Of a stretch of DNA of 64,000 bases, positions 25,228 through 37,209 are shown piece after piece. Each line of letters opens with the position of its first letter. The first letter of the stretch is position 1. The position numbers and the translations under genes were made by a program. The DNA comes from Mobula hypostoma (lineage: Eukaryota): contig NC_086106.1 in NCBI RefSeq assembly GCF_963921235.1, positions 18,352,001-18,416,000 on the forward strand, in the 5' to 3' direction. The notes below the pieces were generated by a model. The model ran no database searches. It was not told where the DNA came from and saw nothing but the letters and a program-made list of their open reading frames with translations.

Positions 25228-26568
25228 CTGGGAGAAATTATTATTTCACCATTCCCCAATGGCTGAGTTTGTCACTGACAAGACCAGCATTTCCTGTTCA
25301 TCTCTGGTCAATGATATGCCAGTCCCAAGAAGATGAGATGAGAATAATGTACATTGGTGAAGAAATGAATCTCCCCTGTTGAGCAGACAGGGTAAACACC
25401 CTGAGGGAAAGTAAATGAACAAGACTGGCCGTCACATTTTTTGCAGTTTCATGGTGACTTAACTGTTACCAGACAATTTTTAAAACAAATGCAGAAAATA
25501 CCCAGCATTTCAGAGTGTGTCTGTGGAATTGGAAATGGAGCAAATTTTCACGGAAAAAAATTCCACAAAATACACTTCATATTTCAAATTTTAAGTATGA
25601 GAGATATTTACTTTTTGTCCTAAATAATAAAATGCAGTCTTTTTGTCTATCAGGTGTAACTAACATTTGCTGCTGCTTTGTCTGAATGTAGAGGGTTCAG
25701 GCCGCCCTCCAGAGGCTTCTACACATTGTCCAGGCTGACTATTCCCACACAGGAGCAGAGGGAGAGCTACTTTGCTGGAAATTCAGTCACAACTGTGGCA
25801 CTAATCGGAGGCTGGGATTAGGTTCAAAGGTAGAGGGAGAGAACGTTTTGAAGACAAATATCAGGGATCTCTAGAGTGCCTGTCCAGTGAAATGATCCGG
25901 ATTCCCCTTAAGTTATGAAAGTATTTTCTGGGATACTCTTATTTCTATGGTGAAAGTGTGGATTATGTTGGTTGAGAGTGGAAAACAAACCGTTGATTGG
26001 CCGATTTAAGTGCCAAGAGAGATTAAAAAGATGAAGGCATTGAGGCCGAGTCAATGGACAAACCGGTATTCAGCTCACTTCTCGATGAGGCTTCACTCGC
26101 CTCAGCACTGAACTGACTCTGCAGCTGCGGCCTGCAGCCATCGGCACTCACCTCAGCACTGAGCCTGGCTCCACGGCCGTAGCCTGCAGCCATCGGTCTC
26201 CTGCACCGGTTGCAGTGCTGAACTGGCAACGTGGCTGTGGATTTACTTCAGGGGGCTCTGCGGTTCAGTTTCCGTGGATTGTTTGTTTGAATTTTGTTAC
26301 TGTTTGCACAATTTGTTCTATCTTTTTCACACATTGGATGTTTGACTCTGAATTCTATTGTATTTCTTTGTTTTGTGACTGCCTGGAAGAAGAGAATCTC
26401 AAGGTTGTATATGGTGCTCATACTTTGATAATAAATGTACTTTGTACTTCGAACTTTATCAGTTCACTCACATAACTAAACCAGGACTGCACCATGATTC
26501 GGTGTTTACCTTGAATTCATAGCACAATGTAAACAATTTCATGAATGGGCTGAGTTCCAGGACCCTAC

Positions 26569-26886
26569 CTTGGACATTCTTCACTTGCTTCTTGATACGG
26601 GTGTTGGAGGGGGGATGAATCACTGTGCAGCTGAAGACTGATTCTGTCTTCCACTCCTGTAAACTCACGGTCAGGAAGTGTCTGACACTGAAAGTCCACC
26701 CCTGCTCCAGAGCGGTCGGTGTAGCGCTGGTGTTGGAGGTGATCACAGTGCTGCCTTTCTCCCAGATGACATTTATTTGGTCCGGGTAGAATCCGGAGAC
26801 CACACACTCCAGTGTGGCTGTTTTCCTATTCTTGGTCTCTTCCTGAGGTGGAGGCAGCAGACTGACCTTGGGACTTTTTATCTCGA
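26569..26886 (-). CDS. IgW: IgW CH4-type exon, copy a
   Basis: ttccag|VEIKSPKVSLLPPPQEE...LECVVSGFYPD...FSCTVIHPP...NVQ G|GTAGGG; 318 nt, open. Confidence 0.92.
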
Positions 26887-26974
26887 CTGGAATAGAAAAG
26901 AAAACAAAGAAAATGTCAAACATTTTGACTCAGGTAACTAATGCTGGCCATTTAATCACTGGTCTCTTGCCCAC

Positions 26975-27277
26975 CTTTGGTACTATTGGTGCGTGCTGAC
27001 ACTCGGGAAGATGAAGGAGATTCCTGAGTAGAGCACTCGTACTCCACCCCACTGAACCACTCCTCCACACTGATCTGGAGTTCGCTGAGCACTCTGTATC
27101 GGGACCCGTCCCTCTCCGCTGGGTGGGTGCGAATTCCTTTAGTTTTCTCCTTCCCGCCCACGCGCCAAGAAACATGGATATCTTCAGGATCTGTACAGAT
27201 AACTGTGCACTTCACGGTAGCAGACTTGTCGATCCACATCTCTTCAATGTCGGGATTTTGAATAAAGACAGACAATT
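26975..27277 (-). CDS. IgW: IgW CH3-type exon, copy a
   Basis: cacag|...ELSVFIQNPDIEEMWIDKSATVKCTVIC...YECSTQ...NSTK G|GTGGGC; 303 nt, open. Confidence 0.92.
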
Positions 27278-28764
27278 CTGTGGGTTAGAAATGGAAATGC
27301 TCAGAATCTTACTGGAGATATTTCCATTGGTTGTGTCAGGTCCAGGCAGATCATCAGTACTTGACAGATGCATTTAATGCAAACAGAATAACAGAAACAC
27401 CCAGGGCTGAGTCACGTGCCTCATATTCCTATAAGTTTGACTGAAAAAAGAAATACAGAACAAAGGATGTGCTAACGAGGTTTCGAATCCCTTTCTAATA
27501 ACTGTACCAATCGGTTCACTGTGAGACAGAGCTTTGTGAGACAGAGAAGCATACAGATTTCTCAGCAGAGACACAGCTCAGTATATTCTTTGCTTGGAGA
27601 CTCAGTGCCATTGATTAGTAACAATGAACACTGTGAATCAATGAGAATCCCTTTCTCCATCTGGGCTGAGCCTGGGATTCACTCAGTTTAATAACTTCAC
27701 ATCCCGACATTCCAGTCTCACTGTGGCTGTGCCTCTCCTCATCTCTGCAACCTTCACCACCCACACGAGCTTCAGACAACATCGTATCCTTTCAACTCTG
27801 CTCACTCATACACCTGCACTACTTCTGCTGGTGCCTGTGGTTTTAGCATTCTTGCTGACAAACACTGAAACCTCTGTCTCACTTGAAATGAGCAGCCATG
27901 GTCAGAGTGTATCCATAAGTTAGGGACGGATGAACTGGCAAAGTGGGTTCGAATCCCAACCCGGTGGAAGGGAGTTTAAATTCAATTCATCAATGATTTT
28001 TGGAATAAAAAGAAGACTACGGAGGGATTTGTAGTGTTATTCTCTGTGGTAACTTCTGGAGAGAAGTCTGGTCTGATCTGGCTGGTCTGTGACTCCAGAC
28101 CTGCAGCAACACGGCTGGATCTGAATCACCATCAGGAATGAGGCAGCAAGTCCCTCAGTTCCAGAGAGATCAGTGATTGACGGGAAATGATAAATGAATA
28201 AAACAGCTCTTTGATCAAGTGTTGGGTCACCTGTCCTCTGGGTTAGTGTCAAGTGAAGTTGTTGAGGTCGTCTCCCAATGCACGATCGTCAGTTCACTTA
28301 CATTGCAGCTCTCTGCACTTTGTGTTCACCATTTACCCACTCGGTCACCTTCAGGCACGTGGGGTGTTTTTGCTCTTTGACATTTAGTGTGGAGGCTGAT
28401 TGTGTTTGTGTCATGGCTGAGACCTTCAATGAGACTGTGAGTCAGTGTCTTTGTCTGAAAAAAGAGCAGACGTAACACACACAGTTCCAGTCTAACTGGG
28501 CCGGATCATCCGACAAGGTATGATGTGTATTTCTTCACCTTTCTCATGTCAGTAAGATTATGAGCAATTTTCTTTTAAAACAGAAAGTCCGTGGGTATAG
28601 TCCAGATGACCATTGTTGTCGTGTAATATCACAAATATGCAAATCTAGGTGTGCACTGAAGGGTCACTGAATTGTGAATCTCAGTTTAATGAGCACTGTG
28701 ATGTTGTTAAGCATGTTTTCTGCAGGTTTCCCAGTTATGTCCGATATCAGCACGGTCTGGATGT

Positions 28765-29170
28765 TCAGCAGTCCCTGGGAAATGCGATCTCTTCATAAAA
28801 CCTGACAGAGTCAGAATTGCTCCGCTTATTGCTGAATGCTGGTGTAATTCCACAAGAAGCATATAATCCCTCAATGCTTGGGCAATTTGAACAAAATATT
28901 CTCCTTTCTAACATTCCTTGCAGTCACTGAGTTTCCCTTTTGGACTGAATTCAGTGTCCGGTACATGGATCAATGTAACTTTAGCAATTTGTCTGATCCA
29001 GGATTTACACACAAAGCATGTCAGATTGGACAGGAGATTAGTTAGACCCCTGTGTCTTGTCTCACCAACTTGTCTTGTGCCCAACATTATCAAAGGGTCA
29101 TCCATCCTTTGACTGAGTCAATTTGGAATTTCAGCCCTGTTCACCTTCATCACCTCGTGCCTCACAGCCA
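28765..29170 (-). pseudogene. Putative stand-alone secretory exon after CH2, copy 1 (acceptor intact, long ORF broken)
   Basis: tttttcacccag| phase-1 acceptor; VAVRHEVMKVNRAEIPN then TGA (29118-29120), later TAG (28908-28910) and a 1-nt deletion relative to copy 2; ATTAAA at 28685-28690. Confidence 0.6.
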
Positions 29171-29408
29171 CTGGGTGAAAAACAGGTTCCAGTTCTTGTT
29201 GACTGGAGTCAGACAGGAGGGAATCTGGCTAGGAAACTGGAATTGTGATCTGAGTCACACTGGAGCAACAATGTACACAAATGAATGAGTGGTATGGACA
29301 ACCAGAAACACAAGAGATTCTACAGATGCTGGAAATCTTGAACAACACACACAGAATGCTGGAGGAACTGGGCAAGTCAGGCAGCATCTGTGGGGGGAAT
29401 AAACAGCC

Positions 29409-29586
29409 AATCTTTTGTGGCAACATACATCAAAGTTGCTGGTGAACGCAGCAGGCCAAGCAGCATCTATAGGAAGAGGTGCAGATGCTGCTTGGCCTGC
29501 TGCGTTCACCAGCAACTTTGATGTATGTTGCTTGAACTTCCAGCATCTGCAGAATTCCTGTTGTTTGCGTTAATCTTTTGTGGCAA
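29409..29586. mobile_element. Palindromic Penelope-end-derived insertion with a 15-bp target-site duplication
   Basis: AATCTTTTGTGGCAA at 29409-29423 and 29572-29586; perfect 48-bp inverted arms; absent from the paralogous site at ~21960. Confidence 0.85.
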
Positions 29587-30971
29587 GTGGTTTCACCGGT
29601 ACTGAAAGGAAGTGGGCAGAAGCCAGAATAAGAAGGTGGGAGGAGTAGAGAGGAATACATTCTGTCAGATGAGAGGTGATACCAGGTGAGGGGGAAAGTG
29701 TGTGGATGGGGGAGGGGTATCAATTAAGAAGCTGGTAGGGGATAAGTGGAAGAGATAAATGGCTGAAACAGAAGGAATCTAAGAGGACAGTGGACCATGG
29801 AGGGAAGTTCAGGAGGAGGGGAACCAAATGGAGATGATGGGCAGGTGAGGAGAAGTGAAGGGTGTATCTAGTATGGGGAATAGAACAAAAGGGAGAATAA
29901 AGGAGTAGGGGGGGGGAATTACTGGAAGTTGCAGAAATAAGTATTCATGCCATCAGGTTGGCAGATATCTGGATGGAATATGAGGTCCTGACTTTGGCCT
30001 CACCCTGGCAGTAGAGGAGGAAATGGACAGACATGTCAGAATGGGAATGGGAAGTCAAATTGAAACAGATGGTCACAAGGATGTTGAAAAGTCAAATTGA
30101 AATGTGGAGGGGAGAGGTAGTCATCTTAAATAACATATTTTCATCACTGTCTGTTAAACCTGTATCCCAATGGATACCAGAGACAGGTCTGGAATCCAGT
30201 GAATGGATTGTAAAAGAATTCATTCATGAATTGTATTCTTTATTTCACATTTTCTTGCTGAACAATGATACTGTTGGGTAGAACCATCGCAGAATGTTGC
30301 ATTGAGATTACTCTGGTAAAAGAACATTGGCACAGGCTCTGAAAAACAGCCGGGTCATTTTCCACCTGGAAATGGAAAATTCATAGATCTGTACATAACA
30401 TCCTATCGGGATGAGGTTGTGTCAGCCATGATAAATGCATGTTGTCTCTGAACCTGGCCGAGGATCTGAGGACACAAGGCCACAACATTCACTCCAGGAT
30501 TGGACATCAATGCAAAAATAATCCAGGCACCTACATTTCAGTGAGTGGACAATCAACAGAAGAGTCTCTCAGGAAACACTGGAAACAGACTCTGGAGACT
30601 GAAGGAAATACAAAATTGCAGAGATATTTTTTGAGGAACTAATACTGAGAAGAGAGTGAAAAGGGATCAGGGAGATCTTCTCCAGATGGTAAAGCATGGG
30701 ACGTGAGCTTTGCTCACTAACTTATTTTCATTATAACTACAAACAGAGACAACTAAAATTATTGAGACAGAATGGACAGGTGACCTGATCTTACACCTTT
30801 CCTGCCCAGTAGATGGGGTTAAAGCTGCTGGTGATCTGAATTGATTCAAAGTGCGAAGATCAGCTGTACATCACTCAACAAGATTGACAGTGGGGACAGG
30901 AATTGTGTGGGAGTATCAGTTAAGTAGTCTAGTACTGTAAGTTAATTAATTTTTCTTCAGACATCACTCAC

Positions 30972-31271
30972 CCTCTTGATACGTCATGTTGACCTGACCA
31001 CTGAAACCGGAAGGTGTGTGATTCACTTCACAAGTATATTTCTGTTTCTTCGTCCAATCCTGCACAGGCACTGTCAGGTAAGAGATTGTTTCAAATCCAC
31101 CATCAGATCTCGGAGTGGAAGGGAGAACGATGCCTTCTTGGGCAGATCCAGCTTTTTTCCAGGATACTTTAACGTTGTCAGGAGCGAACCCAGATATCAC
31201 ACAGCCCAGGACAGCATTTTCTTGACTGTGGATTGCCTCCCGGGATGGAACAAGGGAACTGAGCTTTGGAG
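30972..31271 (-). CDS. IgW: IgW CH2 exon
   Basis: ttacag| ... PKLSSLVPSREAIHSQENAVLGCVISGFAPDNVKVSW...YTCEVNHTPSGF...YQE G|GTGAGT; 300 nt. Confidence 0.93.
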
Positions 31272-32211
31272 CTGTAACACATTTAATATCTGTCAGTACA
31301 TGATTGCTTTGCCCATGTTTTTGACTTCATTCCCCCTTATCCCGGGCAAGTTCCCCAATTCCAGCCCCCTGAAGAATGTTGTTAATTTACAGCTGATCTG
31401 ATGATTTGATGGCTCAGACCAGTGAGTGGGATGGCTGGGTGTATAACTTGGGCCTCCCAGCAGTGTGTCCCACTGTGCTATGATAATGCAGAGAGGTGGG
31501 TCATGGAGTTGACGTGCAGACCTGCCATATCTAATTGTTTAATGGAGAATGACAGATAGCAGCTCCTGTGAGCAGGAGTACATGGTGTGGTACTGTTTCC
31601 ACTGGCAAGTTTGGGAAACACAATTTTACTTTCAATGAGAAAGAAGAACAGGTGGACAGGAGGACATTATTTTGTTGTAACTGCAAAGGCTTGTTCAGAT
31701 CTGTGAGAAGATGGTTAAAGAAGGGCAGTGGAGTGGATTCCTCCATCACATTCACAAGGGATTGCTTTTCCAGAAGAGGGGCAGCTGCAGGATGGAGGGG
31801 AAAGTGCAGGAGGAGAGGGGTAAAGTTTAAATTGTTGTTCTGTGTGCAGGGGCACGATGGGCCAGCGGTCTCTGTATGTGTACAGGAGCTGATCTGTAGG
31901 GAGGGTTTAGTGGGAGGGGGTGGTGGAGAGGCTCCCGAAAGGAGTGGATACAATGGAGGCAGATGAGCGCAAGTTGTTTCCTCCACCCTCCACTGATACT
32001 GAGTTTCAGTGAGTTCAGGAGGACATTTCCCCCATTTCAATTCCTTATTTTTTCTCACTGTCATTTTAGCCCGGTGTAATATTGCTGTTGTACGAATAGA
32101 AGTAAAGAGTTAATTGCCGTGTCCCTACATTATCTGACAAAGCTTCCTCCTCTAGATTTATGCTCAGAGATCAATGCAGCTTTAAAGAAGAAAATCTTAT
32201 CTCATACGAAC

Positions 32212-32520
32212 GTTGAGGTATCTGGAACTCCGCTGTCACCATCTCGTTTGGCTTGTACCCTGCCTTGCAGGAGTAGACTTTATTCTTCTTCCAGTCTGCC
32301 GCAGAGACTTCGAGCAAGCTGCTCACCGTGTACTTTGAATTTTGCCCCAACACCGCCGGGTATTTCTTGGTTCCAGTGGTGATGACCTCACTGTTAGTGG
32401 ACCATGTCTGACTGATGCTCTCAGGCTGATAGTCCTTGACCAGACAGAGGAGGCTGATCTTTTGGTCAGATTCTGTGTTGCAGGAAGGAGTGATGTAGAC
32501 TGATGGTGCGGACTTGACCT
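32212..32520 (-). CDS. IgW: IgW CH1 exon
   Basis: ttccgtttcag| acceptor; EVKSAPSVYITPSCNTESDQKISLLCLVKDYQPESISQTW...KVYSCKAGY; 309 nt, phase 1-1; N-terminal extra Cys typical of the L-chain link; donor GTTCGT is weak. Confidence 0.9.
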
Positions 32521-35500
32521 CTGAAACGGAAAGAAATTCACAGATGGTTCTCTGAATAATTGCATTACTGGTAGAGAAAGGAGATGTTATATAAAGCAGT
32601 AATTTTCAAAATTATTCACCCCATTAAACAAAGCCGATATCATTTTAACACTCGGCTGTGAGTCTGTGTCGCTGAGGTAGGAGGGTGTGGATCAATCCCA
32701 CCGTGGCAACTTGGACTCACAATCCAGGCCAACACTTCAGTGCAGGACTGAGGCAGGGACCCAATGTCTGATTGGTCGGATTTCAGTCAAAATACCAAAG
32801 TGACAATCTCTCTCTCATCCAAATACAATTCCTGACTCTGAGAAGTCTGGTAATACCTGATCAACGAAGTTTACAGAAAAAGTAAGATTTAGAAGTATCT
32901 TATGGAATAATTCTGATGTGTTCAGTGTTGCTGGTGATGAGAGGAGTGATTGGTGTGGATATTGTGGTACCGAGTCTCCAGCACCATGTGTGCAATGTAG
33001 TGGAGGTTGGGAAATGGACTCTGCTTCTGAAATTCAACTCAACAGACTACATGATGCAGCTGACACTGCCTCACATATTTATCGTGTGTGACTGAGCAAG
33101 AATTCCAACCCCACTGAGTCTGTGGAAACTACTGGCTAACCGGGAGACAATGGTAACTTGCATCAGAAAGGACAGAGGAACTGTGGAAATACATTTGCCC
33201 AGACTCTGTGGAGAAGTGTCGGCCAACACAACCGACAGTGACGATGAGATTCCTGGGCAGATGGAGAAATCTCAAAAATGTCATTAGATGTAGGTGATAT
33301 TCTCAGTGAACGACCAGCCCAGAGAGTTCAGTGAGGAAATGCAGGTTGTGGCAATTCCCAACCACTTAAGGTGCAAAATACACTTGAAAGCACTGGTTCT
33401 CAATTCATTTCACTGGAAAAGGAGACGTGTTGAACTACCAAGGTAGGTAAAAGAGTGAAGATCAATGAACTAATTGACCAATTGACAGCTTTGACAGGTG
33501 GATACGTTGAGGAGATGTGGTTTGATCAGTTGTCAGAATTACCTTGAGCAGTGTTGTGGACGGGGTTTGTTCTGACCCACCGATGTGACATCATTCACCT
33601 CATGATTGACTCTGTCAATGACAGATTGTTGCTGGTGGATGAGGTTAAAATCACCCAAAAAGACTGTGTGGACACAGCAGAACATGCAGGAACTCTGGGA
33701 GTAGGAGACTAGTGGGAGAATATGTGTCAGACAGTGTGAATTGCAGTAGATGAGGGCTTTGTTGCCCAACAGTAAGATGGTCAACAGACACACACAGAGG
33801 CTTCAGATCGATTCTGGTATTGGAAGGGCAGCAAACTCAACATTTGGAGTAGAAGTCAAGCGGTGGGAAAGTCACAATTTCATTCAGGGGCAAAATAATG
33901 AAATATTCACTTCACAATAATCACTCTGGGACAAAGCAAAAAAAATTGAAATCTGGCTTTCAAACAGAATAAATATAAATCAATATAACAAGTAAAAAGG
34001 AATTGATATAATTTAACTGGTCAGTAATGACAGCTGCATTGTTTCGAACCATTGGTGACACTGGGGACTGTGAACTCAGAACATTTACCTTCCTGAGTAA
34101 ACACAGGTGATTCAGGTTGACAGGACAGGCAGAGCAGAGAAATGGTCCCTTTCTCATTCCTTTCAGACTGAGCCTGAAACAACCAGTGAAATGCTGACAA
34201 CAGACTCCCCATCGGGGACACAACTTCTGTGAAACAGCGGGACAAGCCGACCTGTGCTGTGGGTGAAGTGTCACAGGAGAGAAAGTACAGGGCACGGTGC
34301 CAACTGGCCCATGTCCACACAGACCGGGCTGAATGGTGCTGGTTTAACCTGCTGGGACTCTCCCCACACTCCTACACAGGGAAAGCTGGGACCTTACTGG
34401 GCCTCTGGATTCTGAAGACCTGGGGTGAGATGTATCCAGGCCTCAGCGTCAAGTAGCCTCAGACCACAAAGTAAACCTGGGGTGGAGGCTGTCTTGTGTC
34501 AAAGCTGTCATGTAATTAACAGGTTTTAAATGTCTCTGAGACATTGAGGTAAATTTCTGCAGAACGGGTAATTTCTTTTATTTAAAATAATAAATCTATA
34601 TGATATTTAAAACACAGAAATAACTTGTAACTAATTACTTTCCCGACACACCCAGCTGAGAATCCTCAGTCATTTGAATGGGAGCTGTGATCTTTGCCAG
34701 GTCCGGCCTGTGAGGGAATTGTTGAGGTGGATTTCCCAGTGTTACCCTGGGGAGTCCAACAGGGTCTAGTACCATGTGTTAGAGTGTGGTGACAGCTCTG
34801 GAGGCAACTGTCACTCAGTAAATTCTGGGATACAGTGGTCTGTGGAACTGTGAGACTGACTCCAGGGTAAGTGGCTGAACACTGGTGATTCTCTTTGGAA
34901 TTGCCAGCCACAACCAGCACCATTTCACCCACACTATCCTCAGCCTCCCAGGTACATGGCAGCTGGTCAGGTGTGGTATGAGGAACCTCACTGCTCTTTA
35001 TCAATGTTCACTCCTGACAACTGGGGAATTACTGAGCCAAAGACCTGTGACCATTTGGACGACCTACAACCAAATAGCATCTGTCTATTCATCTACTGCA
35101 CAATCAGGATTCAGATGAGGAGTTCCCAGTGGTGGGGAGCTTTAGGAACTGTAGGCTAAAAGTGACCATTCCCTTTCAACATCACCCAGACTAGATTGTC
35201 ATGTTATAGTTCAGATTGTGGGAACAAGATGCAGAGAAGTTGGATGTTTAGTCCCCCCAAATGAAGTGACACACTGCAGAAGTAATTGCTGGGTTGGGAA
35301 AGGCTCTGGGATGTTCTGGGGTTGTAGAAGTCAGTGAAAAAAAATTGTTTTCATCAAAATAAATTCAGTAAAATAAAACTGGAAACAGCGTAGTTGCCAG
35401 AAATCAGACTGACTGAGTTTGGTGAAAGGTCACTGATGTGAAACATTAACTCTATTTCTCACCCCACAGATGTTCCCTGAGCTGCTCAGTGTTGGCAGTG

Positions 35501-35640
35501 CAGGAGGCACAATAATGTCAGTCGGTGAGATTTGCAGCTGAGGATCTTTTACATCCCGAGACCAGCAGGTGGTAAGTACAGTTCTGTCTGGATCAGTGTT
35601 CCTCTGGGTCTTTATAAAAACACCCATCAAACTGACAGCA

Positions 35641-36910
35641 GGGTGCTGGGGTGAAGAGGGGAACTGGATCTGGGTGGGTCAGAGGGTGCTGGGGTGAAGA
35701 GGGGAACTGGATCTGGGTGGGTCACAGGGTGCTGGGGTGAAGAGGGGAACTGGATGTGGGTGGGTCACAGGGTGCTGGGGTGAAGAGGGCAACTGGATGT
35801 GGGTGGGTCACAGGGTGCTGGGGTGAAGAGGGCAACTGGATGTGGGTGGGTCACAGGGTGCTGGGGTGAAGAGGGGAGCTGGATCTGGGTGGGTCACAGG
35901 GTGCTGGGGTGAAGAGGGCAACTGGATCTGGGTGGGTCACAGGGTGCTGGGGTGAAGAGGGGAGCTGGATCTGGGTGGGTCACAGGGTGCTGGGGTGAAG
36001 AGGGCAACTGGATGTGGGTGGGTCACAGGGTGCTGGGGTGAAGAGGGCAACTGGATCTGGGTGGGTCACAGGGTGCTGGGGTGAAGAGGGGAACTGGATC
36101 TGGGTGGGTCACAGGGTGCTGGGGTGAAGAGGGGAACTGGATCTGGGTGGGTCACAGGGTGCTGGGGTGAAGAGGGGAACTGGATCTGGGTGGGTCACAG
36201 GGTGCTGGGGTGAAGAGGGGAACTGGATCTGGGTGGGTCACAGGGTGCTGGGGTGACGAGGGGAACTGGATCTGGGTGGGTCAGAGGGTGCTGGGGTGAA
36301 GAGGGCAACTGGATCTGGGTGGGTCACAGGGTGCTGGGGTGAAGAGGGGAACTGGATCTGGGTGGGTCACAGGGTGCTGGGGTGAAGAGGGGAACTGGAT
36401 CTGGGTGGGTCACAGGGTGCTGGGGTGAAGAAGGGAACTGGATCTGTGTGGGTCACAGGGTGCTGGGGTGAAGAGAGGAACTGGATCTGGGTGTGTCACA
36501 GGGTGCTGGGGTGAAGAGGGGAACTGGATCTGGGTGTGTCACAGGGTGCGGGGGTGAAGAGGGGAACTGGATCTGGGTGTGTCACGGTGCTGGGGTGAAG
36601 AGGGGATCTGGATCTGGGTGGGTCACAGGGTGCTGGGGTGAAGGGGGAGCTGGATCTGGGTGGGTCACAGGGTGCTGGGGTGAAGAGGGCAACTGGATCT
36701 GGGTAGGTCACAGGGTACTGGGGTGAAGAGGGGAGCTGGATCTGGGTGGGTCACAGGGTGCTGGGGTGAAGAGGGGAACTGGATCTGGGTGGGTCACAGG
36801 GTGCTGGGGTGAAGAGGAGAACTGGATCTGGGTGGGTCACAGGGTGCTGGGGTGAAGAGGAGAACTGGATCTGGGTGGGTCACAGGGTGCTGGGGTGAAG
36901 AGGGGAACTG
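35641..36910 (+). repeat. 43-bp G-rich minisatellite, 29 full units plus one partial, in the J-CH1 intron
   Basis: unit GGGTGCTGGGGTGAAGAGGGGAACTGGATCTGGGTGGGTCACA; the 43-nt period holds from 35641 to 36885, with a net 3 nt lost in two short units. Confidence 0.97.
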
Positions 36911-37209
36911 CATTTGGGTAGAGGGCATTTGGAGACAAACACATTGATGGGTCAGGAGTCATAAATAGGCTCAAAGAGTAAGGATGAGAGATCTCCTTCC
37001 CTGAGGGACATCAGTAAAACTGAAGGGGCATCATTACTAACTAGATTTATAAACAATACCAATCATTAAAATGTTGGAAATCTGACCACAGATCCAAATC
37101 TGTTGCAGATTATTATGAACTGAGTTTAAATTTGTCAGTTTTGTTGTGGTGGTATCCGTGGACTGTTCATCCATCCCTCTGCACTACTCATCTGCTTTGA
37201 TGTACTCTC

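Larger units (their letters stand above)
18060..30825. repeat. Tandem segmental duplications of the CH3-CH4 block and flanking introns
   Basis: 19325-23672 matches 27385-30825; 23673-24995 and 26080-27410 match 18057-19350; 25011-26080 matches 16985-18057; roughly 90% identity by eye. Confidence 0.95.

Noticed and set aside
32960-33100. Faint VH-like words (IQLNRL...DTASHIY) on the plus strand
   Set aside because: No Cys, Trp or RSS; similarity is at chance level
36493-36726. ORFs within the 43-bp array
   Set aside because: Artefacts of repeat translation; the period is not a multiple of 3
35641-36910. CRISPR-like array
   Set aside because: Head-to-tail repeats with no unique spacers; eukaryotic context
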